Shown here in pieces: positions 18,581 through 27,964 of a stretch of DNA of 29,082 nucleotides (the first letter of the stretch is position 1; each line of letters starts with the position of its first letter). Where the stretch lies: contig CBFGYX010000001.1 in assembly GCA_965653075.1 (NCBI GenBank), forward strand, positions 1 through 29,082, written 5' to 3'. Made by a program: the position numbers and the translations under genes. The notes beneath the pieces are model-generated. The model had not been told where the DNA came from. It did no database searches and saw only the letters and a list, made by a program, of their open reading frames with translations. This DNA comes from an uncultured bacterium (lineage in GTDB: Bacteria > Bacteroidota > Rhodothermia > Rhodothermales > CAZKDQ01).

Positions 18581-21466
18581 TTACGGCTCCGTCGCGGTGT
18601 CAGATGGTTCAGCAGGCTCGACCACGGGAGCATCGCCGCCGTAGAGCCTCTCGAATTCCTCCGGTGTCTGGAAATAACTCGGGTCGTCAAGCACCTGCGC
18701 AATACGGCTACTAAAGTTGGACGCAGCCTGATAATCACCGGTCTCGAGATATGAGAACTGAATCATCTGTACATATTGCGCGGCGAAATCCATCTCACGC
18801 GATGTCTGCGCGGTCGTCAGACGGTGTAGGACGATGGGCTCGGCTCGTTGCATCAAGGCGTATACTTGCGACGTGTCGCCCAATGCATCATACGCTCGGG
18901 CGAGTAACAGGAACGACCGCTCATCTCCCGCAATCGTCTCAAATGGGACCCGCGCCATGATCGTGTCAAGTACACGACGCGCGCGTTCCGGCTCACCCTG
19001 ACGCGCCAGCTGTTCTCCCGTGTGGGCGAACACGTTGCGGTAGTTGTCCACCATCCGGCGAATGTTTTCGTCGTAATAGACCGTTGGGTCGTCGAGATTG
19101 GTGAAGACGAAATTGTTGAGGCGCTCGTCGGTTACGCCGGGAACGACGAGCCCAAGCGGCGTGCTATTTGAAACTGGGAGAACGCGGAACGCCTGTCCCT
19201 CGAGCACGAATCTGTCTTCCAACCCGAGCTGGCCATCCGGACTGACGGTCACCGCAAAGTAGATCGGCCGCTCCCATCCGCGCCGCGCGTTCTCACGGAT
19301 GATATCGAATGCCACTTGATCGGCCGCGTAGAGAATGTTGAGGTCGGTCGCAAACGGACGTCCTTCGAACGACCATTCCATAGTCGAATCGAGATTCTCG
19401 ATGCCGAGCGCAGCGACAGTCGGATCATTCTGTAGGGACGAAAGATCCACGGGTAGGGTGATTTCCGCGGGTTGCCATTGAACCACCCGTAGATTCTCGA
19501 TTTGCGCATCACTGAGCGACATCGGCAACGGTGCCGATTCGCGCGACGCCTGGTGCTTGAGCTGCTTGACGTACCAGGGAGTATTCAACAGTGAAAGGTT
19601 CGCGACGCGCACATCTCGGCGCACTCCCTCTACTTCCTGTAGATACCAGAGGGGGAAGGTATCGTTATCGCCGTTAGTGAACAGGATGGCGTTCGGTTCG
19701 ACGCTTTCGAGCAGGTTGCGAGCATAATCGCGCGCTACATAATTAGCCGAGCGGTCGTGGTCGTCATAATTCTCGAGCAGCATCCAAAAGGGAACGGCCA
19801 GAAAGACCGCAACGCCCGCCGCCAAGAGCATTTGGTTGAGCCGTTTTGCGTCTTCCCACCGATCACGCGATGAATCCGCCACCAGTTGAAGGATTCCCGA
19901 CGCGCCGATCCCGATCCAGAGGCTAAAAGCGAAGAACGAGGCTACGTACGAGTAGTCACGCTCGCGTGGCTGCATGGGGGTCTGGTTCAGGTACAGAATG
20001 ATCCCAAAACCTGTGACGAGAAACACCGTCCCGACAGCGAAGGCGCGGCGCCAATCCCGCGAGATATGAAAACCGGCGCCAAAGAGTCCGAGCAACAAAG
20101 GAAGAGCGAAGTATCGATTCCGGCTCGCCTCCTCGCTCGGCGTCTGACGGAGTCGAGCATCCTGTTCGATCCGGCTATCGATAAACCGGAAGCCGGTAAT
20201 GGCTGGTGAATCCTGCACATCGCTCGAGCGGCCGACGAAATTCCATAGCAGGTACCGCACGTACATGTGCCCCACCTGATACTTCCAGAAGAACTCCATG
20301 TCGGAGTTGTATTGCGAGTAGACGCGCAGGTGGTGCGGCTCGTTCGAGTGTCGGCGCGGAAAGAGCACCTCGCGCTCAGGGTTAACGCGTCCGAGGGCGG
20401 CGTCATAGGTTGGACCGCTGAGCAACGACGTCTGCCCGTACTGTTCGCGGTTCATGTACGAGATGAACGACTCGATTGTCTCGGGATCGTTCTGGTCGAT
20501 AGGCGGATTCGCCGCACTTCGGATGAAGATGAGGGCATAGGTAGAATACCCGATCAGGACGACCGTGATGACAAGAAGAACGAGGTTGGCGATCCGGATA
20601 CCGTTCTTTTGCGTGTAATAGAGGCCAAATATGAGCGCCGCCGCAACGCCGACGAGAAAAAGAACCGGGGCGCCCATATCGCGCGCAAGGGCAGGGAGTA
20701 TTCGGACGATCCCGGGATAGATCAGCAGAAACACACCGCACGAAATGAGGGCGGCGACGACCAATCCTATGAACGTCTGCTTGCCGTCCCACTCCGGACG
20801 CTCGAAGTGCTGGAAGTAAACAATGATCGCGACGAAGAAAATCGAGAGCAGGCTCAGGAGGTGCACGCCGATCGCAAGGCCGTAAAGGTAGGCGATCACG
20901 ATAAGCCAGCGCTCGGCCGTGGATCCGAATGCATGCTGCATACCGGCCGAAAGCTGTGCATCCTGAATGCGGGCGCGCTCACTCCATGCCAGCGTTAGCC
21001 AAACACAAAGCGCTGTGAATGTTGTTGACAGCGCGTAAGTCTCGGCTTCAACCGCATCGAACCAGAAGGAGTCACTGACGGCCAGGGTGAGGGCACCGAT
21101 GACGCCGCCGGTCCACGCGATGATGTGGTCGGTCGTTGACCAGTCGTCCCTCGGGCCCTTCATCTCCCGCATCAACCTGATCACGATCAGGAAGACCAGC
21201 ATAACCGTTGCAGCCGAGGCAACGACCGCGATCATGTTCACGGAGAGTGCCACATATGCCGCGGGCACAAACATCGAGAAGAGGCGCCCGATGAGCATAT
21301 AGAACGGTGCTCCGGGAGGGTGGGGGATCTGCAACCCGTGCGAGACCGCAATACGTTCACCGGGGTCCCAGAAGGAAACCGTAGGGGCTACCGTCGAAAT
21401 GTATAGCAGGAGTGCGGCGACAAAGACGGCGCCGGCAATAATCCGGTCGGTAAGGCGATAGTTCAT
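18581..21466 (-). CDS. DUF2723 / TMEM260-like GT-C fold membrane glycosyltransferase
   Basis: SFWDPGE, PHPPGAPFYMLIGRLF, FWFDAVEAETYALS, GLAIGVHLLSLL, QPRERDYSYV, FTNGDNDTFPLWYLQEVEGVRRDVRVANLSLL; polytopic N-half and soluble C-half. ATG 21466 (MNYRL) preferred. Confidence 0.88.
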   Translation of the reverse strand: MNYRLTDRIIAGAVFVAALLLYISTVAPTVSFWDPGERIAVSHGLQIPHPPGAPFYMLIGRLFSMFVPAAYVALSVNMIAVVASAATVMLVFLIVIRLMREMKGPRDDWSTTDHIIAWTGGVIGALTLAVSDSFWFDAVEAETYALSTTFTALCVWLTLAWSERARIQDAQLSAGMQHAFGSTAERWLIVIAYLYGLAIGVHLLSLLSIFFVAIIVYFQHFERPEWDGKQTFIGLVVAALISCGVFLLIYPGIVRILPALARDMGAPVLFLVGVAAALIFGLYYTQKNGIRIANLVLLVITVVLIGYSTYALIFIRSAANPPIDQNDPETIESFISYMNREQYGQTSLLSGPTYDAALGRVNPEREVLFPRRHSNEPHHLRVYSQYNSDMEFFWKYQVGHMYVRYLLWNFVGRSSDVQDSPAITGFRFIDSRIEQDARLRQTPSEEASRNRYFALPLLLGLFGAGFHISRDWRRAFAVGTVFLVTGFGIILYLNQTPMQPRERDYSYVASFFAFSLWIGIGASGILQLVADSSRDRWEDAKRLNQMLLAAGVAVFLAVPFWMLLENYDDHDRSANYVARDYARNLLESVEPNAILFTNGDNDTFPLWYLQEVEGVRRDVRVANLSLLNTPWYVKQLKHQASRESAPLPMSLSDAQIENLRVVQWQPAEITLPVDLSSLQNDPTVAALGIENLDSTMEWSFEGRPFATDLNILYAADQVAFDIIRENARRGWERPIYFAVTVSPDGQLGLEDRFVLEGQAFRVLPVSNSTPLGLVVPGVTDERLNNFVFTNLDDPTVYYDENIRRMVDNYRNVFAHTGEQLARQGEPERARRVLDTIMARVPFETIAGDERSFLLLARAYDALGDTSQVYALMQRAEPIVLHRLTTAQTSREMDFAAQYVQMIQFSYLETGDYQAASNFSSRIAQVLDDPSYFQTPEEFERLYGGDAPVVEPAEPSDTATEP

Positions 21467-21562
21467 CTGCGGGGACGGTTGACGAATCCTCTGAGACCTG
21501 CCTGGAAATGGGCCCGACGGCTCAACGACGGCCGAGCGGGTTCGTTTCAAGTTTGTCTACAT

Positions 21563-22234
21563 TCAGCTACGGGCGCCGGCGACTACCAGCACGATCTCAC
21601 CCCGAATCTTCGCTCGGCTCTCGAAATCGGCGGCGATATCAGCCAGTGATCCGCGGACGACCTCCTCAAATTTCTTCGTCAGCTCCCTGCAAACAGCTGC
21701 CTGCCGATCCTCTCCGAATGCTTCATTCAGTTGTCGAAGCGTCTTTAGTATGCGATGCGGTGATTCGTAAAAAACCAGCGTCCGTTCTTCGTTTGCGAGT
21801 GCTGCAATACGCGTGGCGCGTCCTTTCTTGTGGGGAAGAAATCCCTCGAATACGAATCGGTCGTTAGGCAGTCCGCTCAGGACGAGCGCGGGTACAAAGG
21901 CAGTGGCACCGGGCAGCGCCTCTACGGGCACACCTTCTCGTATGCATTCCCTCACCAGATAAAAGCCCGGATCAGAAATTGCCGGCGTGCCGGCATCCGA
22001 GATCAGCGCGATGGTCTCACCGGCCTTCATCCTTCTGATAAGGTCAGGCGTGCGGCCGCGTTCGTTATGGTCGTGATAGCTGAGCGTGGGCTTCGAGATG
22101 TCGAAGTGATTGAGAAGCACCGAAGCCACGCGGGTATCTTCGCAGGCGACGGCGTCGACCTCGTTAAGCACCCGTAAGGCACGTAACGTAATGTCTTCGA
22201 GGTTACCGATCGGCGTCGGTACGAGGTAAAGCAT
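21563..22234 (-). CDS. rsmI: 16S rRNA (cytidine1402-2'-O)-methyltransferase
   Basis: MLYLVPTPIGNLEDITLRALRVL, ACEDTR, ISDAGTPAISDPG, FEGFLP, FYESPHR, CRELTKKFEE. Confidence 0.96.
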   Translation of the reverse strand: MLYLVPTPIGNLEDITLRALRVLNEVDAVACEDTRVASVLLNHFDISKPTLSYHDHNERGRTPDLIRRMKAGETIALISDAGTPAISDPGFYLVRECIREGVPVEALPGATAFVPALVLSGLPNDRFVFEGFLPHKKGRATRIAALANEERTLVFYESPHRILKTLRQLNEAFGEDRQAAVCRELTKKFEEVVRGSLADIAADFESRAKIRGEIVLVVAGARS

Positions 22235-23615
22235 CAACGGGTGTGGGACGTCGTGGTCGGCGAAAGCGGCTCAGAATACTGGGGGTCGTCCGTAAATCCA
22301 ACCACACATAAATCATGGCGAGTATCCCGGCAATGAACAGAATAATGTTACTCGCCCACATCCCCACCCACGGATCGAGGAGCCCGCGATCGGCAAGTTT
22401 CTCACCTTGAACCAGTGAGACCCAGTAGAAGAGGAAGATTACGGTTGCGGCAGCACCGGCCATGCCGAGTCCGCCCCGTCGGATGCTAATGCCGATAGGG
22501 GCACCAATCAGGGCGAAGATGAAACAGGCAACGGCGATCGAGTACTTCTTGTGGATCTCAACCAGGTAGCGGTTCGCACGCTGTTTCTCCCATCCGAGTG
22601 TGCGTCGCGCCTCATCAATCGTATTTCGCCGCTCCCGCGCAAACTGCAACGCGGTGTTGTTGAGGGAAATTCCGTAATCCGGATCCAGAACCGACTCGTC
22701 AGTCGACGCAGAATGAGCCACGCGTGAGTCCGAGTCCACAGTCAGAGGCGGTGCGGCCAGACGTTGAGTTTTGCCGCGGATACTGACTCGGAGCGAGTCA
22801 AGAGCGGCGAGCATGTCAGCCGTGGGCATCGTGCGATCCGATCGCAGGCCCTGGGTTGGGTCGGAGCGTTCGAACTGAAAGTCGTCCAGGTCGATGCGGA
22901 AACGATAGCGATCGAAAGCAAGGCGTTCGTAGCGCTCGGGTTCGCTCCACACGTTCCCATCTTTAACCGTATGCAGCTCACCGTTCCTGAGCTCTAGGTC
23001 GACATAAGGCCCGCCATCGGGTGAGACCACCACGCCCCGTTCGGCTTTGATCACTACCTGCCGACGATTGCGTTGCGTGTAATCATAGATCAGCACGTCA
23101 GACATTTCGTTCGTCTCGCTGTCCACACGCTGCACCAGGATGCTATACCGGTTCAGACCCTGGTAGAATGCGCCGGCTTGAAGATCGAAAGCGGGCTTTT
23201 TCTTGCGGATATCCTGCCAGAGGTTGCGTGCGCGAAAGTTCGCCTCAGGTAGCACGATATGATTGAAGTAAACCATGCTTCCCGCCACAATGCCGGCCAG
23301 GACGAGACTTGGCCATACGATGCGTCCCACGGAGATTCCCGCGCTTTTGATTACAGCGAACGCCTGGTTCTCAGCGAGCCTGCCGTACACCATGAGATTG
23401 GTGATGAGGACGGCCATCGGAACGGCAAGCACAACCATGTACGCCAGGTTGTAGACGATCAGCTCGAGGATGACGCCGATCGGCAACCCTTTACCCGCGA
23501 TATCCGGCAGGTACTTCATCAGGAACTGCATCAGGAGCAGAAACATGATCACGAGCAGCCAGCCGAGGAACGGCCCCGGCATCATGCGCATGATCATGAG
23601 ATGAAGTCTGTTCAT
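22203..23615 (-). CDS. LptF/LptG family LPS export permease
   Basis: Three N-terminal TMs, GRLAENQAFAVIKSAGIS, periplasmic beta-rich domain, EIHKKYSIAVACFIFALIGAPIG, final TMs with WASN. ATG 23615 preferred. Confidence 0.92.
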   Translation of the reverse strand: MNRLHLMIMRMMPGPFLGWLLVIMFLLLMQFLMKYLPDIAGKGLPIGVILELIVYNLAYMVVLAVPMAVLITNLMVYGRLAENQAFAVIKSAGISVGRIVWPSLVLAGIVAGSMVYFNHIVLPEANFRARNLWQDIRKKKPAFDLQAGAFYQGLNRYSILVQRVDSETNEMSDVLIYDYTQRNRRQVVIKAERGVVVSPDGGPYVDLELRNGELHTVKDGNVWSEPERYERLAFDRYRFRIDLDDFQFERSDPTQGLRSDRTMPTADMLAALDSLRVSIRGKTQRLAAPPLTVDSDSRVAHSASTDESVLDPDYGISLNNTALQFARERRNTIDEARRTLGWEKQRANRYLVEIHKKYSIAVACFIFALIGAPIGISIRRGGLGMAGAAATVIFLFYWVSLVQGEKLADRGLLDPWVGMWASNIILFIAGILAMIYVWLDLRTTPSILSRFRRPRRPTPVDALPRTDADR

Positions 23616-23689
23616 CGCCGGGCGAACCGGAGAGGGGGAGGGAGGTACACGCGGATCGTCGTATGAGTGCACCGATCGATCCGCATCAA

Positions 23690-24337
23690 ATGGAAATCAG
23701 GAGCTTCACCTTTAATCCCTTCCAGACCAACTGTTTCATTGCGCACGATCAAGGCGAGGCCGTGATCGTCGACGCAGCGTCGTCCACACCTATCGAACAC
23801 GCCGAGATCGAGCAGTATGTGGAGGAGAACCAGCTGCAGGTAAAGCACCTCCTCCTGACGCACGGGCACATCGACCACATTTTTGGCTGCACCCACTTGT
23901 CTGAGCGTTTCGGGATGCCGTTCAAGTTGCATGCCGAAGACGTGCCGTTACTCGAGCGAGCCGAAGATCAGGCGGCGATGTTTGGCATTCCGCTCGATCG
24001 ACCTAAGGAGGTCGATGGATCGATCGAGGAGGGAGACGAAGTACAATTCGGTGGAGTCACGTGGCGAGTGCTCCACACGCCGGGGCATTCTCCGGGCTCG
24101 ATTGCGTTCTATGATGAGGCAGCGCGCGTGGTACTATCGGGCGATGTACTCTTCGCGGGCTCGATCGGCCGGACAGATTTGTGGAAAGGCTCGTTGCCGA
24201 TCTTGATGGAATCGATCTTTCAGAAACTGCTGCCGCTGGGGGATGATGTACGCGTTTACAGTGGTCACGGGCCGGTGACCACTGTAAAAGAGGAGCGGCG
24301 GCACAACCCGTTTCTCAACGAGGGTATGCCGCTTTGA
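23690..24337 (+). CDS. MBL-fold metallo-hydrolase, glyoxalase II/GloC(YcbL)-like
   Basis: FNPFQTNCFI, THGHIDH, HTPGHSPG, SGDVLF.GSIGRTDL, SGHGP.TT..EERRHNPFL. Confidence 0.92.
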   Translation: MEIRSFTFNPFQTNCFIAHDQGEAVIVDAASSTPIEHAEIEQYVEENQLQVKHLLLTHGHIDHIFGCTHLSERFGMPFKLHAEDVPLLERAEDQAAMFGIPLDRPKEVDGSIEEGDEVQFGGVTWRVLHTPGHSPGSIAFYDEAARVVLSGDVLFAGSIGRTDLWKGSLPILMESIFQKLLPLGDDVRVYSGHGPVTTVKEERRHNPFLNEGMPL

Positions 24338-24658
24338 CTACGACAACACGCGCGCGGCACGGTGTAGCACGACCAGAAGCTTAACACCTTCGCCTTCGAC
24401 GAGGCGCGGTACGGCGCTTTTGATGGCCCAGCCTTCATTCAATAAAGGCAGAACGTCGGGATGCTGTTCGACCGCTTCTCCGCACCTGAAATCCGCGAGT
24501 AGTACGCGGGATGAAGCCGATCCAAAACTATTGAACGTCGTCGGCTGATGTGGTATCTCGGCGCGCGGCGGGATGGGGGCGCGCAGGTAGCCATTCGTTA
24601 CTTGTCCCTTCGGCATCTCAAATTCTCTCCGCCACTTACCTGCCTGCTCGGCAGACAA
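24338..24658 (-). CDS. Hypothetical small protein (start uncertain: TTG 24658, ATG 24616 or ATG 24688)
   Basis: Stop abuts the MBL gene stop; AAAGGAGG precedes in-frame TTG 24658 and GGAGAG precedes ATG 24616; globular-looking C-half LLNEGWAIKSAVPRLVEGEGVKLLVVL. Confidence 0.55.
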   Translation of the reverse strand: MSAEQAGKWRREFEMPKGQVTNGYLRAPIPPRAEIPHQPTTFNSFGSASSRVLLADFRCGEAVEQHPDVLPLLNEGWAIKSAVPRLVEGEGVKLLVVLHRAARVLS

Positions 24659-24802
24659 ATGGCCTCCTTTAACGGGTGGATTACGCATGACCAGTTGCGC
24701 CAGAACTACCCTGTGGTCTGGGTAGATAGTATAGGCGGGATCATCCGGGTTTGTTCTCGCCGTTACGTCCCGGTTACCATCTGGGACGAGTCCGTTGCAG
24801 GC

Positions 24803-25900
24803 TCACAGTCCACCCGGAGCGGCGGTGCCGGTGATGAGGGGCTTGAGGCCGGGCATGGCCGGGCGATTGTGGTTGAGCAGCTCCTGAATAGACTGATAAA
24901 CCAGCTCCCCCATTGTCATACACTGGGCGAACGCGTCGGTCTCGTAATGCTCCTGCAGTTGCTCGCGCAGTCGTCTCACGTGTGAGGTCGAAGAAATAAT
25001 GTCCTCGCGCATGACATTCAGCAGGGCGTTGAACCGACCGGCGGAGACACGCACGCGGTTAGCGATCAATGCCCGCTCTTCCTTTTGATATTGCTGGACG
25101 TTCTCCGGCGCTAGTGTCTCGATGGCCACCTTGATGAACTCCTTGTTCTGCGAGTAGAATTGAGGCAGATACACCTGCTTGCGCCAGTGATGACTTTGCT
25201 GGTCGAAGTCTATCGGCCGCATCCGGAAGTGCCACTTCTCGAAATCGCGTGTGGCATCGATAACGAAGTTGCCGCTGTGCATATCGCCGAGGAGCCGCAC
25301 AAAGCAGCGTTCATTGAATTTGACAAACTCCTTGGCCAGCCTCACCTGGTCGAACCGGTGAGCCGGCATATTCTCGCGGGCGAAGGTTTCGGCAGGGATG
25401 CCGACGATGTGCTCCTCGATGATCGTGTTGTCGTGGATGAGATAGTGGATCCGGTTCGGCGACAGGATGTGCTCGAGCTCGAGGCCGTAGATTCTGTTGG
25501 CATCGACTCGCTTGACATAAAAGTAGTCGAAATTGTCGTTGATGCGATTGACGATGCGCACCCGGAACGGTAGCGTGTTGCCGTACAAGCAGACATCAAC
25601 GCGGTCGACGAACAGATGCTGCGCAATCGATTCGTCGCCATAGGCCTTGAGCAGGGCGTACGTCAGCGTGAGCTGCCGGTGTACCTCTTCCTGCTCTGAT
25701 TGCGGATAAAACACCGTCGACCATAGCGTGTCGCCACCGTGCTCATCGTAGAGCGGAATCGAGTTATTGTGGCGAAGCAAGTCCTCGTACCGAACACCAC
25801 GATCGTGCAACCGACCGTATCGTCCGAGATAGGTCGCGAGGTAATCGCTGATCGGATATACCTCTTTCTTGCGGCTAATCAGATTGCGGCGCGGGACCAT
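24803..25900 (-). CDS. Uncharacterised 365-aa protein with PI3/4-kinase/HipA-like atypical kinase motifs
   Basis: From ATG 25900: GNTLPFRVRI, YFYVK, IEEHI, LLGDMHSGNFVID, RPIDFD in the order expected for this fold. CDS well supported; kinase call is by motif only. Confidence 0.7.
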   Translation of the reverse strand: MVPRRNLISRKKEVYPISDYLATYLGRYGRLHDRGVRYEDLLRHNNSIPLYDEHGGDTLWSTVFYPQSEQEEVHRQLTLTYALLKAYGDESIAQHLFVDRVDVCLYGNTLPFRVRIVNRINDNFDYFYVKRVDANRIYGLELEHILSPNRIHYLIHDNTIIEEHIVGIPAETFARENMPAHRFDQVRLAKEFVKFNERCFVRLLGDMHSGNFVIDATRDFEKWHFRMRPIDFDQQSHHWRKQVYLPQFYSQNKEFIKVAIETLAPENVQQYQKEERALIANRVRVSAGRFNALLNVMREDIISSTSHVRRLREQLQEHYETDAFAQCMTMGELVYQSIQELLNHNRPAMPGLKPLITGTAAPGGL

Positions 25901-25907
25901 TGTACCG

Positions 25908-27056
25908 TCAGACCACGCGAGCCAACATATTCTCGCGTACGCTCTGGTAGTAGTTCTCGTAGTGCGGGATGATTTTGTTGATATCGAACACATCGACAGC
26001 GCGCTTCCGCGCCGCCTTCGCCATCCGGCTCTGCAGGGCATCATCCGTGAGGAGGGTGTATAACCGATCGGTGAAGCCGTCGATATCACCAAGTTCGCAT
26101 AGGTAGCCCGTCTCGCCTTCAACCACCAGTTCGGGCAAGCCGCCGATGTTGCTGGCCACAACCGGCACCTCACACGCCATCGCTTCGAGCGCCGCAAGAC
26201 CGAACGTCTCCGATCCGCTGGGGATCATGAAGGCATCGGCGATGGAAAGTATCTCCTCAACCGGTTCCTGCTTGCCGAGGAAGCGGACATCCTCGGTTAA
26301 CCCGAGCTCGGTCGTCTGACGCTGCACTTGCATCCGGTCGGGGCCGTCGCCTACGAGCAGAAGCTTCAGCTTCAGGCCGCGTTGTTTGAGCCGCGCAAAC
26401 GTCTCGACAACGTCGGCCACGCGCTTTACCGGACGGAAGTTGGAGACATGCACCAATACCTTCTCACCGTCGGGGCTCAAGACCTGCTTGAAATGCTGCT
26501 TATTCAGCCGCCGGAATCGCTTGGTATCAATAAAGTTGGGGATAACCTCGATCTCGTTGTCGATCGAAAAGCGGGATTCCGTTTCGTGGCGCAGGTACTC
26601 CGACACCGCCGTGACACCGTCCGACTCGTTGATGGAGTAGTTGACCACCGGCGCGAATGAGGGGTCCTGTCCGACGATAGTAATGTCGGTCCCATGCAGT
26701 GTCGTGACGATCGGCGTGTGGATGCCCTGCTTCTCCAGGATCTGGCGTGCGAGTACGGCGCTGGTCGCATGCGGTATCGCGTAGTGGACGTGGAGCAGGT
26801 CGAGTTTTTCATACCTCACCACATCGACCATCTTGCTGGTCAGCGCCAGTGCATACGGCGGATATTCGAAAAGCGGATAGGGATTGACGCTTACCTCGTG
26901 GAAGGAAATGTTCTGCCTGATGTGGCCGAGGCGGAAGGGCATCGAGTACGCGATGAAGTGCACCTCGTGACCACGAGCGGCCAGCGCTTTGCCGAGTTCT
27001 GTGGCCACGACGCCGCTACCTCCATAGACGGGGTAACACGTGATCCCGATTTTCAT
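25908..27056 (-). CDS. bshA: N-acetyl-alpha-D-glucosaminyl L-malate synthase (bacillithiol biosynthesis GT4)
   Basis: MKIGITCYPVYGGSGVVATELG, LHVHYAIPHA, TTLHGTDITIVG, HVSNFRPVKR, SETFGLAALEAMAC. Confidence 0.93.
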   Translation of the reverse strand: MKIGITCYPVYGGSGVVATELGKALAARGHEVHFIAYSMPFRLGHIRQNISFHEVSVNPYPLFEYPPYALALTSKMVDVVRYEKLDLLHVHYAIPHATSAVLARQILEKQGIHTPIVTTLHGTDITIVGQDPSFAPVVNYSINESDGVTAVSEYLRHETESRFSIDNEIEVIPNFIDTKRFRRLNKQHFKQVLSPDGEKVLVHVSNFRPVKRVADVVETFARLKQRGLKLKLLLVGDGPDRMQVQRQTTELGLTEDVRFLGKQEPVEEILSIADAFMIPSGSETFGLAALEAMACEVPVVASNIGGLPELVVEGETGYLCELGDIDGFTDRLYTLLTDDALQSRMAKAARKRAVDVFDINKIIPHYENYYQSVRENMLARVV

Positions 27057-27263
27057 AGCTTGGCTGTCCACCAATGATGGGCTGAAGATGTGTGTTGTCT
27101 GCAACATGCGCCAGGAATGAGCGCACGCCAGAAACTCACCTAAGTAACCGAGGTTGCACCCCGCCCTATGGCGAACCCGGGCTCGGGGCCGCCTTATTCA
27201 AGCTATTCATCCATAACCCACCACCTGCTCATGCGATCTGCATCTGCTACTACTTCAGTTTCA

Positions 27264-27872
27264 ATGACACGTCTCGCGATAGCAGCCGTTGTCTTCGTGT
27301 TGACCTTGGGGGCCGGTGATGCTCACGCGCAGTTCGGTGTTGCGGCTGGAGCGAACTTCGACAGCATGAGCGACATCTCGGGCGATCGAAGTGCGACGTT
27401 CGACAACGCATCAGGCTTTCATATCGGCGTCTTTTACGATCTGCCGCTCGGTCCGGTGGCCGTACGCCCGGGACTTTTCTACATGAACGTCGGGTCGTTC
27501 GATGCCGTGGCGGAAGGTAATGTCATCAATAACTTCGATCTCAACCTGATCGAGGTGCCGGTGGACGTCCGGGTGCGGATGATGATGCCGCTCATCAAGC
27601 CGTATGCCACGGCCGGACCTGTGCTGCGATTCGCAAGCTCAGGCGATGATGACTTCAGCGATTCGCTGAACAATTTCACCATGGCGGGCAACATCGGCCT
27701 GGGCGTCGAGATCGGTGCGCCCGGCGCGCAGATCCGGCTTTTCCCGGAGATACGCTACTCGTTCGGCATCTCGCGCCTCGTTGACGACGTCGAATTCCTG
27801 GGTGCCACGTTCTCGACAGAGGACAACATCCGCCTGAGTTCATTCATGCTCCGGCTGGGTGTCGCGTTTTAG
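27264..27872 (+). CDS. Outer-membrane beta-barrel protein (porin family/OMP_b-brl_2-like)
   Basis: Signal peptide MTRLAIAAVVFVLTLGAGDAHA|Q; FGVAAGANF, GFHIG, IEVPV, EIRYSFGIS; C-terminal LRLGVAF beta-signal. Confidence 0.85.
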   Translation: MTRLAIAAVVFVLTLGAGDAHAQFGVAAGANFDSMSDISGDRSATFDNASGFHIGVFYDLPLGPVAVRPGLFYMNVGSFDAVAEGNVINNFDLNLIEVPVDVRVRMMMPLIKPYATAGPVLRFASSGDDDFSDSLNNFTMAGNIGLGVEIGAPGAQIRLFPEIRYSFGISRLVDDVEFLGATFSTEDNIRLSSFMLRLGVAF

Positions 27873-27964
27873 GTCCCGGCTATAGTCGCTCGGGCCGCGG
27901 GCGGATAGCTTACTGGATATGGACGGCAACTGACGGCGGACGCGCCGGACATGCCTCCCTACCG

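Noticed and set aside
22203-23615. Lone lptF/G gene and its 32-nt overlap with rsmI
   Set aside because: Split lptF and lptG loci are ordinary in FCB bacteria; the overlap is a short non-conserved-looking C-terminal tail.
25901-26197. 464-aa version of the kinase-like ORF
   Set aside because: The first 99 codons overlap bshA in another frame and are Arg/Ser-rich nonsense; ATG 25900 just after the bshA stop is the sensible start.
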